Notes: generated by a model not told the origin, from the sequence alone. 64,000 bases of DNA from Leidyana gryllorum EB-2025a (GCA_048772705.1 JBLWGC010000230.1:558001-622000), one strand, 5' to 3'. Positions 25,192 to 38,006 are shown, numbered from the stretch's first letter. Numbers and translations are program-made.

Positions 25192-26210
25192 TCACACATT
25201 TTCTCGCACATTTACTGGTAGAGGTGCTGCGGATGTCGTGGTCGACGCTGTGCTCCTATCTATCCTCACAAGCTGACATCCCATCACTTGTACCGCTCCA
25301 ACCAAAGCTCCATGTCCCAGAATCAAACAGCCAATCCATCCCAATATCCAACTAGTCACGATCTCGTCTCCCAACAGGTTAGGGACAATCCAGGCGCTCA
25401 TCCAACCCGACATAGCCAAAGCCACGTTGTCAAACTCCAGACTGAAACGCTCTGTTACGGCACCCAGTGTGCCACACAACACAGATACGCCCATTCGTGT
25501 TGCCATCAAAGTCGATGGCCCCATCCAGAAATGATAAATCAACGTCGTTGATACCATAGCGAATACCAAAGATCCGATCGCCTAAGCATCATAGGTCACT
25601 GAAACGTCCCTCACTCTCTCACCGATTTGCTTTGTCGCGCCCCAATTGTCCCTCGGCGCGCCTTGAGCTCCGCCACTCCACGACCCACCAGCGCTGCGGC
25701 CGGGTCCCCGACAAACAGTGGCAAAAGCCACACGTAGTCAATCCCCAACAAAGGCGTTAGCGATACGACAATTGCGAACAGAGTGATACCCACATCCATT
25801 CGAGACAGCCAACTCCCTGCCGTCGGAATTCTTTCCCCATTCCTCTCTGCTGTTTCTTCCGAGATTTTCGAGTATGGAATTAAAGAGGCTGTCGCCCCAC
25901 TACTCTTCAAAGGCTCATCGCCTGCGACGCCAGTCACTTCCAGTGGCCGCAATGCTCTCCATGTCACAAATAGAGAGAAGAGCACTATTAAACATTTCGA
26001 TACGATCGACAGAGGCGCAGGGACCGCCAATAAGACGCATCCAGCACCCAAGTGAGTTAGCTTCCTGATACCCAAGAAAGCGGTCAGTGCCTTCTCCACG
26101 TCCACAGCAGTCACTTACCGCGCAGCAAAGTCGGGCAAATACGCTTCAAACACCTTGATGCTCCCGAAAAGAAGGACTATGTACAGCGCCAACATAATGT
26201 ACAAATTCAT
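25192..26210 (-). CDS. CTP-dependent prenol/dolichol kinase family membrane protein, paralog A
   Basis: ATG 26210; AR|KLTHLGAG, GDPAAALVG, KS|AIGSLVF, TERFSLEFDNVAL; two introns. Confidence 0.8.
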
Positions 26211-26282
26211 CTTTCTCTCTATTTGAAGGTACCGCAGCAAAAGGTTTCGAGGGCAAAACAACAAGGTCAGCAATCAACACGC

Positions 26283-27171
26283 TCAATCCTGACGCAATTG
26301 ACACTTAGATACATGTACACCATCTTTGTCAACTATAACTATATCGGCACCATCACCGGTCAGAATGTCACGCTCAGCAGCACTTGTCAAAGCATCTTTG
26401 GCCAGCGTTACAATTTCCTCTCGATTCGGCCAAGCAGGTGGCATCGTCTGATTGGTAGGCTTCAAACGTGAGTCCAGCACCGGCAAAATCATCGCACTCG
26501 CACTCCCTGTTGTACCGTACGACTTAGGCTCGGTGTTGCCCACCGCATCATACGAATATACGACACCTTCGCCTGCATCGTATCCGACGTGATCACCGAA
26601 AGAGCCATTCAGCCAATGAAATAACAGAACTCAATCGCATTATCAACACGGCAAATGAGGCTGTTTCTAACGGCGCGGTACCGCATCGTTGCCGGTTGAT
26701 CCCGGGGGGGAGACGCCCCTAGGGCTACTGCGCGCACGCACACACCAAACACACATTGAAGGCTACGCTAGCCGATTGGCCGAGCGTCAAGAGGAGCGTA
26801 CCTTTGCCGTTGACCCCAACAAGCATATTGAAAGAGTAATAGGGGAAGAATCGTCGACCATAGAGCATCGTCGAGAGTAGCTGACTGAGTGCTTCTAACG
26901 TGGGGGTCTTGCGATGAGCATATCGATAGTTGATGATGTGAGCATTCAGATTCTTGTGCAGTGTTTCAATGTCTGCCCGCATCCCACAGGACACTATACA
27001 GCATGTCTCGGTGAGCTGGCTGTATTTCGACACACTGCGACTCAGAATTGAGTAGCCACGGCTCAGCCTGGTGTCAGCTGCGAAGACAGCGTAATCAGGT
27101 CCAGCTATGGCTAAAGCTGAACCACCGTTGTCCTGATAAGGACTCCAACGGGGTGCTTGGACTGCAGTCAT
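26283..27171 (-). CDS. PSMB1: 20S proteasome subunit beta-6 (PSMB1/PRE7)
   Basis: WSPYQDNGGS, AADTRLS, LYGRRFFPYY, YSYDAVG, SAAERDILTGDG; 229 nt intron 26573-26801. Confidence 0.95.
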
Positions 27172-27338
27172 CTTCACTTGAAAAGACACAAAGAAAGAAT
27201 TTATTGTGCTGGGTGGCCCTATCTAGCCAGCTAGCTCACCCAGGCTAGCTAGCTACGACTGACTCCGTAGTTTCTGGCGAGGTGGTAATCTGGCAGCAAA
27301 AAGGGAAAGGGACTAGCACTTCTCCGACTTGTGATCAA

Positions 27339-28296
27339 TTAATGCTTAAGAGCGTCCTCGATAGCACATCGCAGGAAGGCTATTTTTCCGTCCTCCTTTG
27401 CAATAATCATCAGATTCTTCTGGTCCTGCAGAAAGAGGATCAGAGCTGTCGAAAGCTGGACTGACTCACTTTCATCGGCTTCTTCTTTTTGGGAGCGTGC
27501 CAGTCATGGCAGAAACGGCAATCATCACCGTTGAGGCACCCTTTACTCCAGAAGAAAGCACAGGGTTTGCATGAAGTGGGATGTCCTGAGCGCGCATCAC
27601 TGCCAAAGATCGGTCAACGTATCAGCAACAGTCAATTACTCACCCTGGAACGGCGTCTTCTGCTTTGGTTCCAGCCTCTGAAGAAGTCTTCCGCTTGGGG
27701 TCGACAGTAGCCACCAGAAGTGGTTGAGCTACGGGGGCCGCGAAAACGTTGGTTAACGTCGTTGTGGCACCCGCGGCGAGGAAATCGCTTAGGGAACCGC
27801 GAACTATCTGCAGCTCTTCGGTTGGCGGGCAAACTTCGGTGCTGCCGTTGCTCGTCAAATCTACTTCCGTGAGACGACCAGCCCATTCGGCAAGACTAAA
27901 TGATGCACTCCCGGGCGGCGTGTCAGCAGCTGTCTGCAGAGCGTCATTGTCTGTCCATGGTGAAGTGAGTAAGTCAGCATCTGGACTATGGGGCATGGTC
28001 GTGGTGGGATCCTCCACACTGGCCGCGGGTTGGTCGGGGCTGGCAGCTCGATTGAAAATAGGCGAGATCTTCTCCAGCTCGTCATGATCAATCCGCTCGC
28101 GAATCGGCAGGAAAAGCCCGTCAATGTATTTCACAATCGGAGTGGGCGTCGCCGCACCTGTGCTGGTGTGTGAGTGCTCTGGCGAGCTCAGAGACGTGGA
28201 TAACTCAGGCAAAGGCGCCAGCCTCTCAGCATTCCGTCCACTCTGCCAACGAACAGAACCAATGAGCAGTGATAGATTCAATGAAAGGGCCGCCAT
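27339..28296 (-). CDS. Low-complexity protein with C-terminal C3H1-type zinc finger (start uncertain)
   Basis: An exon near 27470-27600 reads GHPTSCKPCAFFWSKGCLNGDDCRFCHDWH; it splices to ORF 27640-28335 and to a last exon ending TAA at 27339. Confidence 0.7.
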
Positions 28297-28794
28297 CAAT
28301 TTCGAATCAATTGTTGTGGTGGTAGGATTAGGCACAGCACGATCATGTGTGGGAGGGGATTACATATGATGTGGGCTAATTATAGAATTGTTGAGTACAC
28401 GTAGCCGTATGCCCGGCGTCAGCCGCAGCCAGCCGCAATTTGCTGAGGCTCTGACGAGGCGGCGTGGCGCATTGTGACGCACACCGATGGAAGGGGACTG
28501 ATTCAATGCGTCTCACACACGGCAGCACACACTGGCCGACATTCCGAGTCGGGCGGCTGGGCCGTGCCGGCACCCAGCAGTGTTCGCGGCGAGTTCTTAT
28601 TCAGCATCCAGCATTTTCGCGAGTCCTTCGACGTGTGGTATGCTGGTGACCGCCACGGGGTGAAATGCGGGAAGACGAAGCAAGGTGGAATGACAAATAT
28701 ATATTCATATATTGGGTTGGAAAGCAGACTCACTCGTGTAGAGGCATCGGGGGGCATTGGGTCCAAGAGCGCCTCACTCATACTCCGCGACAAG

Positions 28795-29370
28795 TCACGT
28801 GACTCCAGAAGCGCATTCCGCTGCAGTGCAAATGAGTCTGCTGGCCTCAAGGCATCGGCGTACATCTTGAAATGCATCTGATGGGCACCTTTTGAGGTTT
28901 GGGGCGAAGGAATCATCTTTCCAAACGCGATCAAAGGTCCGGGTATGTCTCGAGCTAAGGCGGGCGATAGGTGATACGGCAGTTTCCGTGCAGCAATCAT
29001 CATTTTCGGCAGAGGGTCGAACCTGGACTTTGACAGTGTCGGCCTCATCATCATCTACGACGACTTGGGTTAGAGTATGACGACGTCTGTTGGCGGCTCC
29101 GGCGTCTGCGCGACCTTCCAGTTGACTGCTGAAGTCCCGGAATGATCGGATGAGACTCGCTCGGCTCAGTTTGGCCAGGGGGGAAGCGGTTTCGAGGTGT
29201 ACGAAAGTGCGCCTGCACAAGGCTTCTACATTGAGGCGTGGGGATCCATCGACTGGTGGCGGCGGCAGCTCCAGAGGTCCTGCCGGTTCTGGCAAGGTAT
29301 TCGCAAGCCAGCCACCGAAGGTCAACGGGGTGCCACGGTAGGAACCCGCAGCTGTGGTCGTTTGAGACAT
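28795..29370 (-). CDS. Hypothetical protein (~191 aa)
   Basis: ATG 29370 lies 89 nt after the eIF3c stop; open frame with no recognised motif. Confidence 0.45.
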   Translation of the reverse strand: MSQTTTAAGSYRGTPLTFGGWLANTLPEPAGPLELPPPPVDGSPRLNVEALCRRTFVHLETASPLAKLSRASLIRSFRDFSSQLEGRADAGAANRRRHTLTQVVVDDDEADTVKVQVRPSAENDDCCTETAVSPIARLSSRHTRTFDRVWKDDSFAPNLKRCPSDAFQDVRRCLEASRLICTAAECASGVT

Positions 29371-29459
29371 TACCACGACACTTGCATCAAACAAATAGTT
29401 TCTTCGGGGAGACACAGGCAGGCAGGCAAAACACGCAACACCATGTTCAGTGGAACGCC

Positions 29460-32400
29460 CTATCGGCTCTTCTGTGCCCGTCGATTCTGCTGGGAGGCGG
29501 GAGGGGCAGCAAACATTGATTCTGCCTGTTCAACAGCTGAGGCGACACCGTCAGCAACACTCAATGCAGCGAGTTGCAGTCTCGTGGGAGTGGTCTTGGT
29601 GACCAGGATGGTCTCCGAGCCGGCATCCCAAAAAGCGGACACTTCGCGATTGATCATCATCTGGACGAAAAGTGTGGAGGGTGCTATATAATAATTAAAC
29701 ATTACCTTAGAGACGAGCGAGTAGACGACGGATTTGTGGAGATCGAACATTTCTGAGACTCTGTCCACTGAGATGGCGTCATACAGATGAGCGTATGAGA
29801 GGATGTAGGATCTCAGACCCGTCTCCTTAATTTTCTGGCTGATCAAAGCTTGGACGCTCTCTCGTGCACTTTCCGGGTGGATGTAGTTCCAGCACCTCAG
29901 ACTGAAGATATGATCCTGACACTTCTGCCACAGTCCTGTTTGAAGAGCTTTGGCGGCGGTCATGATGATTTCTCGCGAGGATTCCGGCAGCACGTTTGAC
30001 TTTTCGAACAAATCCAACGCTCTCTTGAACCGGCTTTGTCTCTGGCGAGTCTCGAGGGAGGCATCTGGGCCACACAGGGAGGGTACCTCCAGGAGCATTG
30101 AGCATCTGCGACGGAATGGGAATTGAAGACATTGTTCACCGCCCAAAAACTTACATGTTATACGCGGACTCGACCAGATCGAGGTTGATGTGCATGTGGG
30201 TGGGCAGCAGACGTCTGCGCTCGGCTTTCTCTTGTTCAACGGTCTTCTCGAAGCCCTTAACAACGGCAACGCCCTGTGCCAGGAGCTCCCGTTGTTTGTT
30301 GGCGCCACAAATGTCACTGAGCGCGTTGGCCGCGGCAGTGATCAATCCTTTGCGGAAGGCCGCGAGACCGATCTGTGTTAAGCCTCTGTTGTAGAGGATT
30401 TGCTCATTGACATCCTGACTCATCGCCACGTCATAGAGGTTTCCTCCGTTGAAGAGGTCGCGCGCTTGATAGAAGTGGTCGTGCAGAGCCAAAGAGTACA
30501 CCAGAGCCACCTGCGCCCGGAACAGGGCACGATGCTCGTGGGCCGGAGCCACAGCAAACACCTCACGGCAAAGCTCGGCAACCATATCACTGGGGACTGT
30601 TGGAACTTTGGCATATAAGCCGCATGTGTCGGGTCCCAGAGCTTCCCCCAGTCTCTTTCCAACCATCGCCCAGTGGTTCACAGCAATCCGATCGGGACTG
30701 CGGGTGAATTTTCGAGATGTCAGTGGCCAGAAAGACTTACATGTAATACATATGCTCAACAAGACGCAGAGAGGTACGCCAGACTTCGGGTAATCCCTTC
30801 TCTTTTTGGCGGTTGAACCAACTCCATGCCACCCACAGAAGAGTGATCATCTCGAGGTCGTGATGCATCCGCTCCTGGTACTCCTACAAGTGAGAAGAAG
30901 ATAACGATTGACTCGAAACTCTTGGGTTGGACGGACGAACCGCCCGCCCGCCGACTTACCTTAACGTGAGCATCGCAGGCCTGAAGTGACCGCATCAGGT
31001 GGTCGTCCAGACGTTCCAAGAAAGACATTAGCATTGCGGCTGTGCTGACGAGAACATCAGCATCCGAGGCTTGGACGTCTCCGTCAGCGGTGGTGCTGGT
31101 TCCCAGCTTGACCTTCATGCCCTCATGTTTAGCCAAGAGAAGCATCAATTGCCACAGGTCATCGAAAACCTGCTGCCAGGCAGCTACGGTAGGAGGGATA
31201 CCACTCGCCTGAATGGCATCGAGCCCAAAGGTCGCCAGGAAACCCAGGATTTCGGCCTGAATGTGTGGCAATTCCTTCTTGGCCGCCAGTTGTGACAACC
31301 GTCGAAGAATCTCAACCTGCTCTAACCGCTCAGCACCACGCTTGTTACGGTCGGCTGTGACCTCCCGAACCTTTGCAGCCATAGCGTCCTCGTCCATGGC
31401 TTCACCATCAGGCAATAGGACGGAAGAACGACGAGCTTCCACTGCACCAACGTTCCCAGCCTCTTCGTCGTCCTGACGCTGCTTCTCTTTCAATGCCTTC
31501 CGACGCTCAGCCTCTGTACGACGTTTGGCTGCAGCCGCCCGTTGAGTGTCTTTTTTGTCCTTCTCGTCCTGGGCAGGCGTCTTGTAACCCCACCTGATCA
31601 TTGCGCGAGCGTGACGAGTCTCAAAGTCGGCTTCGGAGTCACGGGACGCCGCACTGGCCACACTGCTGGCGTCAGACTCGTCAGATGAAGAGTCACTGTC
31701 ACTGGAGCTGCTACTGCTGCTCGACGAATCTGAATCATCGGAGTCAGACGACGAGTCAGAGTCAGACGACGAGTGGGCCGACGATGACGAGTCGTCATCA
31801 CTGCTATCAGCCTTGGCTGCAGCCTTTTTGGCAGCGGGTGCCTTCTTAGCCTCAGCATTGGCTTTGGCTTTGGCCTTGGGCGCTACTTTCTTCTCGTCCA
31901 CGTCAGACTCGTCATCGGAGTCGTCGTCAGAATCGTCATCCGAGTCATCAGAGTCAGACTCGGCCTTTTTGACGGTGACTTTCTTTGGTGCGGCCTTCTT
32001 CTTGGGAGCAGCAGCCTTGCCGCGCGTGTCCTCCTCCTCATCAGAAGAGTCGTCTTCGTCATCCGACGAGTCAGAAGATGATGACGACGAAGAAGACGAA
32101 GAGTCAGAGTCTTCGGAAGAAGATGAGCTGCTGGAACTTTGGTCTTCGCTGCCACTGCCACCCTCTTCATCCTCACTTGCATAGTTGTTGGGATTCGAAG
32201 TACAGTCATCAATGGCCATTTTGAATTGCTCTGTCGACTTGGGCAGCTTCCGCTGAAGCTTATTAATAGCCTGAGCCTTTCCCTTAGAACACTTCTTCAA
32301 TCCAGCCTTATCCTTATGCTTCTCCTCCACATATGCAATCAAATCCACCAATGCTCGGATCAAGAAATTCGGAGGACCTTCAGAATCAATGACATTCTGG

Positions 32401-32789
32401 GCGCGAGCGATTAACTTCTCCAAAGTACCCACGTCTGATGCACAAATGATGTCAACACGAAGACAAATAATCAGTTAGTCACCTTCGAATAACTCTACAT
32501 AGTCTTGACTTCGCTTATGCTGCGTTATCTTCTTGAGACAATCACGCAGTGCGTCCCATCGCTTGTCCTTCTCCGAACGCACAAGCCGACGCTCGTCTTC
32601 CGAACTGGAGCCATCGTCATAGTCACCCCAAGATTTCTCGGGTTTCTTGGCGGCCTGAACAATATTTCATTACCCTAACATACGACCCACACAGTCTACC
32701 TGTGTTACAACCTTCTCCTCTCCGTCTGAGCTCGACGAGTGCTCACTGTCTGAGGATTCGGAAGGCTCCCCCCAGAATCTGCTGCTCAT
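29460..32789 (-). CDS. EIF3C: Translation initiation factor 3 subunit C, spliced
   Basis: N-terminus MSSRFWG, QILYNRGLTQIGLAAFRKG, ELLAQG, PTHMHINLDLVE, GPDA..SREIIMTAAKAL, C-terminal PCI domain. Confidence 0.93.
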
Positions 32790-32867
32790 GGCCGCTCAAA
32801 CTTTTGGAACCCCTACTGACTTTTTTGTGACTGTTTGTGCATTACATTCTATATCTATCCTATCTAT

Positions 32868-33637
32868 CTATCCTTCCAGCACCATTGGCACCGTCCTGAA
32901 TCCCGCAGGCGCAGGAGGAGGCGGTCCTGAAGCACGAATTATACACTCAGTCGGTCCAACACCTCGTCACTCACCTGGAGGAATCTCCCCGGCTCGTGCT
33001 GCACGTAAAGCCAACGGCCTGTTCGATGGGACTGCCATTCCACCCGTATTGTAATTTGGCCCCATTGCCATTTCGTAGCCCGGAATCTGACTAAGGGGTG
33101 CCACCACGTGACCCTGAGCTCCCAAAGCGTACTGTGGATAACACACAGGGCAAACTTCCAGAAACGCGTTGTGGTACCCTTGACCTTGAGTCAACACTTG
33201 CGGCGGTATTTGAATGTGCCCATGTTGACAGCTCCCTGTCGTGCCAGCTGGCTGATAAGCCCACACAACTGAAGGCTTCCCCGCCGATTGCTTCTCCTTC
33301 TGGCTGCTCGCATATGCTAAAAGGGTGTGCAAACGATTCTTCTCGGCAGTGTAAATCATATCTTCCATCTTCTTGCGCTGAGCTGCCTTTCTCCGCTGTG
33401 TGAACGTCAACCACGCTCCCAATAGCAGCAAAACTGTGAGCGCTATCTGTTAAAAGTCAAGATCGTATCCACCCCAAAGCCCAAACCAGAGTTTTCACCT
33501 ACCCCAGCACCTATCAGAACCCACCACCACGAACTAAATTTGGACGAATCGGTGTCTGTTGACGCCTGCAATATCCTCCCACTACCTCGGCCCTCCGCAT
33601 GACCGCCAAGATCCTCTGAATCTACCCAACCGCTCAT
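32868..33637 (-). CDS. Small single-pass membrane protein with Pro/Gly/Gln-rich tail, spliced
   Basis: ATG 33637; WWWVLIGAG...LLLLGAWLTF followed by basic QRRK; two short introns. Confidence 0.6.
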
Positions 33638-33683
33638 TGTTCGGTGAAGTAAAAAAAAAAGTACTACGCGTGTGCGCGGTGAG
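33638..33683. promoter_or_regulatory. 46 nt divergent spacer with A10 tract (putative bidirectional promoter)
   Basis: Lies between ATG 33637 (-) and ATG 33684 (+); contains gtaaaaaaaaaagtac. Confidence 0.55.
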
Positions 33684-36246
33684 ATGTGGATCGCACATTT
33701 ACTGCTACTCAATTTCGTGTCAAGTCAGCCTTATGTGGGCCGACAGATCTCCAGGATCTTCGATGTACCGACCAAAAAGCCTCGCGAACCTTCACATCCT
33801 CTAGCACTCGTTGAATGCCCTCCCAAACATCATCCCATTAGTTTTACGGACTGTGCCACTTTGCCAACAGACTTTCATGACATAAAAGTGAGCTTGGCAC
33901 ATTTAGGCGAGTTCTTTACTCACACATAGGCGGATTGTCCTCTGGCTAACACATTTTTCGATGACGAAAACAAGGGCTGTGTGACTATTCACGAAGCTCA
34001 TCCCATCTTGGAATGTCCACCGGGTCACACCATTGCTATAGGAAAGAAACGATTGTGCAAAGATCGAGCTAGACTGGGTAGCAAGAGCACCTGCGATCCT
34101 CCTTTCATATTAGAAGGTTCAATGTGTGAACGACGTACTCTGTACGCTGGAATGCTGGGATGCCAACCCGTGAGTATACAGCAACACGAAAGCATTGAAC
34201 AAGAATTGTCAACAGCTTGAAGTAGAGGTCAATGGAACCTGTTTGAGGGCCGAGCATGTTAAGATCGGAGCCAATTGTCCAGAAGATTTTCACCCTGTGG
34301 TGAAGGTGAGATCAACCGCTGGATTTGTGTATCACTCGTCATTTCAGCCAAATGGTCAAGCTGAATGCTGGGAGCGTGAGATCTATAACGGAACCTGGAT
34401 ACGCAATGCACCTCATTGTGCCAGACGCGATGATAAAATAGTCACCATCTGGGATCGCGACGGGGTGGAATATGACCCGCCTTTGGTGGAGTGTATCACG
34501 ATCTTGAACAAATATCCCACCGTGGCGCTCTGCCCTCCGGGAGCGGTGCCCTACGAGCGGTATGTGCGTCTGACAGGCAACAAACCAGTGGTTCTCTTCG
34601 ACGAAACCCTTGGAAATCCGTATAACACATGTGTCAAGCTGATGCCAGCATCTAGACAACCCGTCTGTCCACATACAGACGGCAAAGCTTTCGTTCTCCC
34701 ACTATTGGATCAATTCAATCGCACATTCACTGAACAGGTTCCGGGGCTCTATCCGATCGACTCGAACAAAACAACGTCGACCAGAAAAGAAGGCGCTACA
34801 GACGATACGCCAACGCGTGATCCTGCCTCAGAGGCTGGAGAGGGCGCAGGTTCCGGTGACCACGAGGGCGATGTAGACTCCGATTTGGAAACTCCCAAAA
34901 CACGTAGACTGCGAAGTTGGACGGGACCGGACTCTGGCATCAAGTTGACCAGGGAAGAGGAATCAGAAATAGCTGATAGAATGCCCCTAGCGACATCCGA
35001 GAACTATCCAGAAGAGGACTTTGCCACCCTCAGTAGCCGGGCTCTCCGATCCCTTCGGCAATCGTACGGACGTCCTCATGAAGACTTCCACATTGAGGGA
35101 TCATTTGAGTACGACAGCCGATATATGGCGCAATGGCTATTTGAGAAGTACAAGCACAGAGTTGCCTGGCCGCTTCTGCAAGAACCGGTACAATTCCGCC
35201 AGAGTTTGAGCCCACTGCCACACACAGAGGCATTGTCGGGCATGCTGTGGCATCAATGGCTGAAGATGCAGCTATTCGTGCCAATTTGCGCCCAGTTTGA
35301 GACTCGAAAGCCTTACCTCACCTGTCCCGATACTCATAAATATGGGTACGATGGAACCTGCAAACCGATGGATTACAGTGAAATGGTACTGATTTGTCCA
35401 GTCGACTATGTGTTGGATACATCGAGCCTTCCTATGGAGCACCTGGACCACCCCGACGTGCGCAAGATTCTGCAACAGTCTGGACGTAAGAAGAGTGATG
35501 TATTCGGACAACTGTACGATGGACCAATCATCCCGAAGTGTATGGGACGACTACCAGCGCAAACTCAGTATTCGTGCCCTCCAAATGTGAGTGATTGACT
35601 CAAAATTATCGCTTCGACATACTGTGCTCTTCAGCAACTTGTCGATATTACCCATCGTTTGTGTCTCGACGCCAATGTGACTCGTCCCATTAGACAGCCA
35701 ACTAGACAGAACATGATAGATATCTATGGCGATAGAGGCCGAGATGTTTATGATGGGATCACTCAGTACATGAGAGAGCGACCTGCACCGAACTGGTATC
35801 CCTTCGTCGGATCTCTGGTGCCCATGAAGATATTCAAGGAGGTGTTGAACGCGACATACGATCCGCTGATGGAATCACGCTTGGATCTCACAGATGAGAA
35901 CAGCACAGTGGTGAAGCGCCACTTGGAGTGGTTTGGCAAAGAGAACCTCAAGAGTTGGGTGGACGCCAAACGTGAGGAGCAGATACACCACGTCATAGGC
36001 CAGACAGCTGATCAACTGAGGATGGGTATGTCAGCACGAGAGGTCAATGAGCGTTTGGACGCAATGGCTCGTGCCGAGGAGGAGGAGAGGGCCACCAAGC
36101 CGAAAGTTGATATCTCGTTGGCAGCGACGATTCTGGGGAAGAGAAAGGTCATAGACTGGCAACCATTGTATGATGTGCTCTACAAGGCAGTCGATCCTTT
36201 CATGCGGCCTCGTTACAACAAATTCTCCGGAGTGGAGCTCACGTGA
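33684..36246 (+). CDS. Secreted Cys-repeat oocyst-wall-protein-like protein, spliced
   Basis: Signal-peptide-like MWIAHLLLLNFVSS; repeated C-P-x-G/x...C units (CPPKH, CPPGH, CDPPFILEGSMC, CPEDF, CPPGA, CPVDYVL). Confidence 0.7.
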
Positions 36247-36373
36247 CAGTGAAGGAGGTGAGAGGGACCTTAGTGATGCAGAAAATTCATTCTTTCGCTT
36301 CCATTGTATCAGTTTGATGGTGATCGCATACTCATCAGATTAGTGGCCATACACGATCACTTCTTCTAACTAA

Positions 36374-37967
36374 CTATGTGGCTCCACTGGCGGCCCGTTC
36401 TCCCCACTTGGCCTTCCACGCGAGTTCGTCCAGTTGCTGAGCGACATGGCGATTTGAATAGAAGGGTGTATATAGGTGCATACCTTTTGCCTTGACCGAG
36501 CTACTTGCTCGATCAGAGCTACGAGGAAGAAAAAGACGAAGGCATACACAACAACGGAGAAGAGGGTAGAGATCCGAAGCAGCGGGCGCAAATACCTTTG
36601 CACAAATGTGGCGTCTGGTGGCAGAATAGTGGGGCCACCCTTCCTCAATTTCTCAATTTCCGAGAGCACCCACGTTTCGAACGACTCTTGCGAACCGAAT
36701 TTGAGACCAATGAAATAGGAGAATGGGGGAAGCTCCGCCAAGAGCCCAATGAGACGTGCTCGGGGCTGCAATGGATGTCATGATTTGCCACACGTCGTCT
36801 CTTACTGCATCGCAGGACCGTGAGAATAGGAAGACTGTACTGGCAGTCTGCAGAGCCACCTTAACGATGGACTTCCCCAAGATCAACGGGATGAAGAAGA
36901 CCCAGAAGGGCATGAGGAACTGTCCACAAATGATCCCACAGAGATCAAATAGAGCATTGGGCCAGCACGAGAGAAGGAAGACAGCGAGTCCTCCGTACTT
37001 TTCAATGAGTTTGACCATTCCGAAGACCAGGTAGTATTTGGCGCTCGCGATCAATGATCTGGGAAAGGAGCTGGTTACAGATGACAAGTGCAACTCACTC
37101 ATCTCCGTCTTCCGGGAAGTACTCTGCGAGTGGTGACCCCTCGAGTCCATCTGCTTTGCGGGCCTGTAAGAGAGTAGGTGAGTCATTATAAGGACTAGAC
37201 AGCAGGTTGCGGACCTTGGCAGCTGCATAGGATGCAGCGTAGGGAGGTAGTTCCCCCAGGGCGGTTCCGAGTCCCCAGAGGAAGCTGTAGGGGAGGACCT
37301 TAAGCCATAAGGCTGTGAATGGGACATTGGTGTCATAGTCTTGCTCTTCAGCTTTAACAATACATGGGAACGTTTCGTCTGGCTTCAGCCGAAATCCCCA
37401 CATATTGGTTCGTGAGTCGAAAGCTATGTTGTTGCAGGTCTCGGATGTGAGTGTGACTTGATATATGTGTGGAAAGAGGAAGAGTATGCCGGTATGTACG
37501 CCGCTGCCTAGCCCGATTGAGCTAAGGGCCCCAAGAGATATCCACCAGGCAGCCACTTTTACATTGAGAACAATTTCATTGTACCACGGACGATCCATAC
37601 CCAGGAACGTCGTGTGTAGGAGTATGGCAGCGACAAGAACAATTAGGAGGGCAGCTGCTCGTCTACGAGCATTGTGATATACCCTCAGTGCTTGATGGAA
37701 GCAGACTTGAGCGAAGAGCAGGAGTGTGCGTGTTGGATGGCGTACGAGGGAAATGGATTTCTGCCGATCCAGAGCCTGACGCAACTTTTCCTCGCGAGCT
37801 TCAGCTTTGTTACGCGGTCGTCTTCTGTGTCTGAGTAAGGTCTGTAAGGATGCAGTGAACTCAGTGTGAGCTGGCGGGGGTGTGCTTGAGTTTGGCGCAG
37901 CAGCTGGTGGGGGAGGTGAGCGGGTGGCTCCTTCGGTGACAGACCTCTGATTCATTACAAAAGTCAT
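36374..37967 (-). CDS. VMP1: Vacuole membrane protein 1 (VMP1/TMEM49), spliced
   Basis: WWISLGALSSIGLGSGVHTGILFLFPHI, WGLGTALGELPPY, SCWPNALFDLCGIICGQFLMPFWVFF, GKSIVK. Confidence 0.93.
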
Positions 37968-38006
37968 CTCTAAACTAACACTTCTCTCTCTATGTGGGTT
38001 GGCATT

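Noticed and set aside
28376-28794. Additional gene or 5' exons between the C3H1 gene and ORF 28795-29370
   Set aside because: A donor-like GTGAGT and several ORFs exist, but no consistent spliced frame could be built; left unresolved.
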